The position numbers were made by a program, and so were the translations under genes. Under the pieces are notes generated by a model. That model was not told the origin of the DNA, did not search any database, and saw nothing but the letters and a program-made list of their open reading frames with translations. A DNA stretch of 64,000 bases from Lacunisphaera sp. (lineage in GTDB: Bacteria > Verrucomicrobiota > Verrucomicrobiia > Opitutales > Opitutaceae). The stretch's first letter is position 1. Each line of letters begins with the position of its first letter. The stretch lies in NCBI GenBank assembly GCA_043738215.1, contig JAYUGX010000101.1, forward strand, positions 2,961 through 66,960. The letters run 5' to 3'. Of this stretch, positions 61,822-64,000 are shown in pieces.

Positions 61822-62205
61822 TCAGCCGGAGGGAATCACCATGTCAAACATCGGGATGCGCACGAAGACCCGGCGGCCCTGGTCGTCGAGTCCGTGGAAG
61901 CTGCCATGGACCCGGCCGTCGCAGCTGGTCACGTGGTAGCTGTTGTAGGAAAAATGTCCGCCGGGCCCGAGGGTGGGGGTCTCGCCGACGATCTTGTCGC
62001 CCTCGACGACCAGGCTGGTCCCGTCGGCGTGCTCGATGACCCATTTGCGGCCCAGCAGCGTGACGGTGCAGTCAGAATCGTTGCGGATGGTCAGGTAATA
62101 GATGAAAGCGTGCGGCCGGTCGGCCGGCAGTTGTTCGCCGCCGTGCCGGTAGACGAGTTTGTCGAGCTCAACCCTCAGGCCGGGCAGTTCAAGTGAAGCG
62201 GTCAT
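61822..62205 (-). CDS. apaG: ApaG domain protein
   Basis: F.Y.LTI.N, LL.R.W.I, VEG..IVGE.P.L.PG..F.Y.S, IP.F. Confidence 0.88.
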   Translation of the reverse strand: MTASLELPGLRVELDKLVYRHGGEQLPADRPHAFIYYLTIRNDSDCTVTLLGRKWVIEHADGTSLVVEGDKIVGETPTLGPGGHFSYNSYHVTSCDGRVHGSFHGLDDQGRRVFVRIPMFDMVIPSG

Positions 62206-62214
62206 ACCTTGGGG

Positions 62215-62247
62215 CCACTGAAGCACGAAGCAGACGAAGGACACGAA
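62215..62247. repeat. Single arm of CACGAA 9-nt units
   Basis: GCACGAAG CAGACGAAG GACACGAA just upstream of apaG. Confidence 0.5.
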
Positions 62248-62320
62248 AAAAATGCCCGGCTATCGGGGCATAAACCGGGTTTCGGCTTGCCGCCACCGGG
62301 GCGGCAACCAGAACGGCGTC

Positions 62321-63868
62321 ATGGAAAAACTCGCGCTGCTCTCCGTCAGCGACAAACGCGGCCTGTTGGAGTTCGCCACGGCGCTGGTGAAAGCGCACGG
62401 CTACCGGCTGCTGTCCACTGGCGGCACGGCGAAGCTGCTGGCCGGGGCGGGGCTGCCGGTGACGGAGGTCAGTTCGCACACGGGTTTCCCGGAAATCATG
62501 GAGGGCCGCGTGAAGACCCTGCACCCGAAGATCCACGGCGGGCTGCTCTGCCGGCGCGACAAGCCCGAGCACCTGGCGCAGGCCAGGCTGAACGACATCG
62601 CACTCATCGACCTCGTGGTCGTGAACCTTTACCCGTTCGAGCAGACCGTGGCGAAGCCGCATGTGGAATTGGAGGAAGCCATCGAGAATATAGACATTGG
62701 CGGCCCGTCGATGTTACGGAGCGCGGCCAAGAACCACGACAGCGTCACCGTGGTGTGCGACCCGGCGGACTACGGCGCGGTGCTGGCGGCCTTGGGCGAA
62801 CCGGGCAAGCTCGGGGATTTGCGCCGCCAGCTCGCCCTTAAGGTGTTTCAGCGCACGGCCACCTACGATGCCGCCATCGCGCGCTACCTCGAGACCCACC
62901 AAGCCGAACCCGACCTGGAAGCGATAAGCGGCTTCCCCGGTACCTACAGCCTGGCGCTGAAAAAGGCGCAGAGCCTGCGCTACGGCGAGAATCCGCACCA
63001 GAAGGCCGCGCTCTACGGCACGTTTCACGAGCATTTCGAGCAACTGCAAGGCAAGGAACTGAGCTACAATAATATTTTGGACATCACCTCGGCCACCTAC
63101 CTCATCGGCGAGTTCGAGCGCCCGACGGTGGCGATCCTTAAGCACACCAACCCCTGCGGCGTGGCCAGCGCGGGCACCCTGCTTGAGGCGTGGGAGAAGG
63201 CCTACGCGACAGACCGGCAGGCGCCCTTCGGCGGCATCATCGTGGTGAACCACACGATGGATGGCGCCCTCGCAAAGATCATCGCGGAGATCTTCACCGA
63301 GGTGATCATCGCGCCGCGATTCAGCGACGAGGCGCTCGCGATTTTCTGGAAAAAGAAAAACCTGCGGCTGATGATCGCCAGGGAAGGCCTCGGCGTGGAT
63401 GCGTTGCAGGAGGTGCGCTCGGTGGTGGGCGGCGTGTTGGTGCAGGACCGCGACCGCACCCTCGGCAAACAGAGTGAATTCAAGGTGGTCACCAAGCGCC
63501 AGCCGACGGCGGAGGAGTGGACCGCCATGCTGTTCGGGTGGAAGGTCGGCAAGCACGTGAAGTCGAACTCCATCGTGTATTGCCGCGGCGAGCAGACCCT
63601 CGGGATCGGCGCCGGCCAGATGGCACGGGTGGACAGTTCGCGCATCGCCGTCTGGAAAGCCGGCGAGGCCAAGCTCGACCTCAAGGGCTCGGTCGTCGCC
63701 AGCGAGGCGCTGTTTCCCTTTGCCGACGGACTGATAGCGGCGGCCGAGGCGGGGGCGACCTGCGCCATCCAGCCCGGTGGCTCGATGCGAGACGAGGAGG
63801 TCATCAAGGCCGCCGACGAGCGTGGGATGGCGATGGTCTTCACCGGCATCCGGCATTTCAAGCACTAG
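62321..63868 (+). CDS. purH: Bifunctional AICAR transformylase/IMP cyclohydrolase
   Basis: [50 protein letters not shown]. Confidence 0.99.
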   Translation: MEKLALLSVSDKRGLLEFATALVKAHGYRLLSTGGTAKLLAGAGLPVTEVSSHTGFPEIMEGRVKTLHPKIHGGLLCRRDKPEHLAQARLNDIALIDLVVVNLYPFEQTVAKPHVELEEAIENIDIGGPSMLRSAAKNHDSVTVVCDPADYGAVLAALGEPGKLGDLRRQLALKVFQRTATYDAAIARYLETHQAEPDLEAISGFPGTYSLALKKAQSLRYGENPHQKAALYGTFHEHFEQLQGKELSYNNILDITSATYLIGEFERPTVAILKHTNPCGVASAGTLLEAWEKAYATDRQAPFGGIIVVNHTMDGALAKIIAEIFTEVIIAPRFSDEALAIFWKKKNLRLMIAREGLGVDALQEVRSVVGGVLVQDRDRTLGKQSEFKVVTKRQPTAEEWTAMLFGWKVGKHVKSNSIVYCRGEQTLGIGAGQMARVDSSRIAVWKAGEAKLDLKGSVVASEALFPFADGLIAAAEAGATCAIQPGGSMRDEEVIKAADERGMAMVFTGIRHFKH

Positions 63869-63894
63869 GATTGCGGCTAATAACAGCGTGCCGG

Positions 63895-63962
63895 GGTGGA
63901 GCCCGATCTCCGAGCGGGCTTATTTTCGATTTGCGAAACCCGCCCGGAGGTCGGGTTCCACC
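63895..63962. repeat. GGTGGA-type REP doublet downstream of purH
   Basis: GGTGGAGCCCGATCTCCGAGCGGGCT...AACCCGCCCGGAGGTCGGGTTCCACC. Confidence 0.88.
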
Positions 63963-64000
63963 TAGTGGCCACTACACGCACACTTCTGACTAGCGCCGTG

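Noticed and set aside
62250-62320. Hairpin upstream of purH as a possible ZTP riboswitch
   Set aside because: It lacks the ZTP consensus elements and is better explained as a promoter region.

Overview
A GC-rich (roughly 65%, estimated by eye), gene-dense bacterial chromosome segment. Gene content and protein style suggest Verrucomicrobiota, Opitutaceae-like (inference). It is mostly housekeeping: alaS, ribD, rdgB, metG, menF/menD/menB, kup, fba, topB, lpxK, add, rluD, ppx, rsmI, pgi, scpB, rpmA/rplU, mpg, uvrA, dinB, apaG and purH. It also carries an Xre/RES toxin-antitoxin pair, three histidine kinases, an ECF sigma/anti-sigma locus and a DUF1302-DUF1329-YCF48-like-RND/MMPL envelope operon. 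I saw no tRNA, rRNA, CRISPR array, transposase, integrase or prophage gene. The main unexplained structure is small-scale. (i) About 20 short palindromic elements from at least six sequence families sit at gene junctions, and several are read in frame inside proteins (an aminopeptidase loop, a signal peptide, the RluD N-terminus). (ii) alaS has a ~39-aa low-GC insert. (iii) A TTG-centred promoter recurs 34-36 nt before start codons, suggesting widespread leaderless mRNAs. Coordinates were counted by hand and may be off by a few bases.
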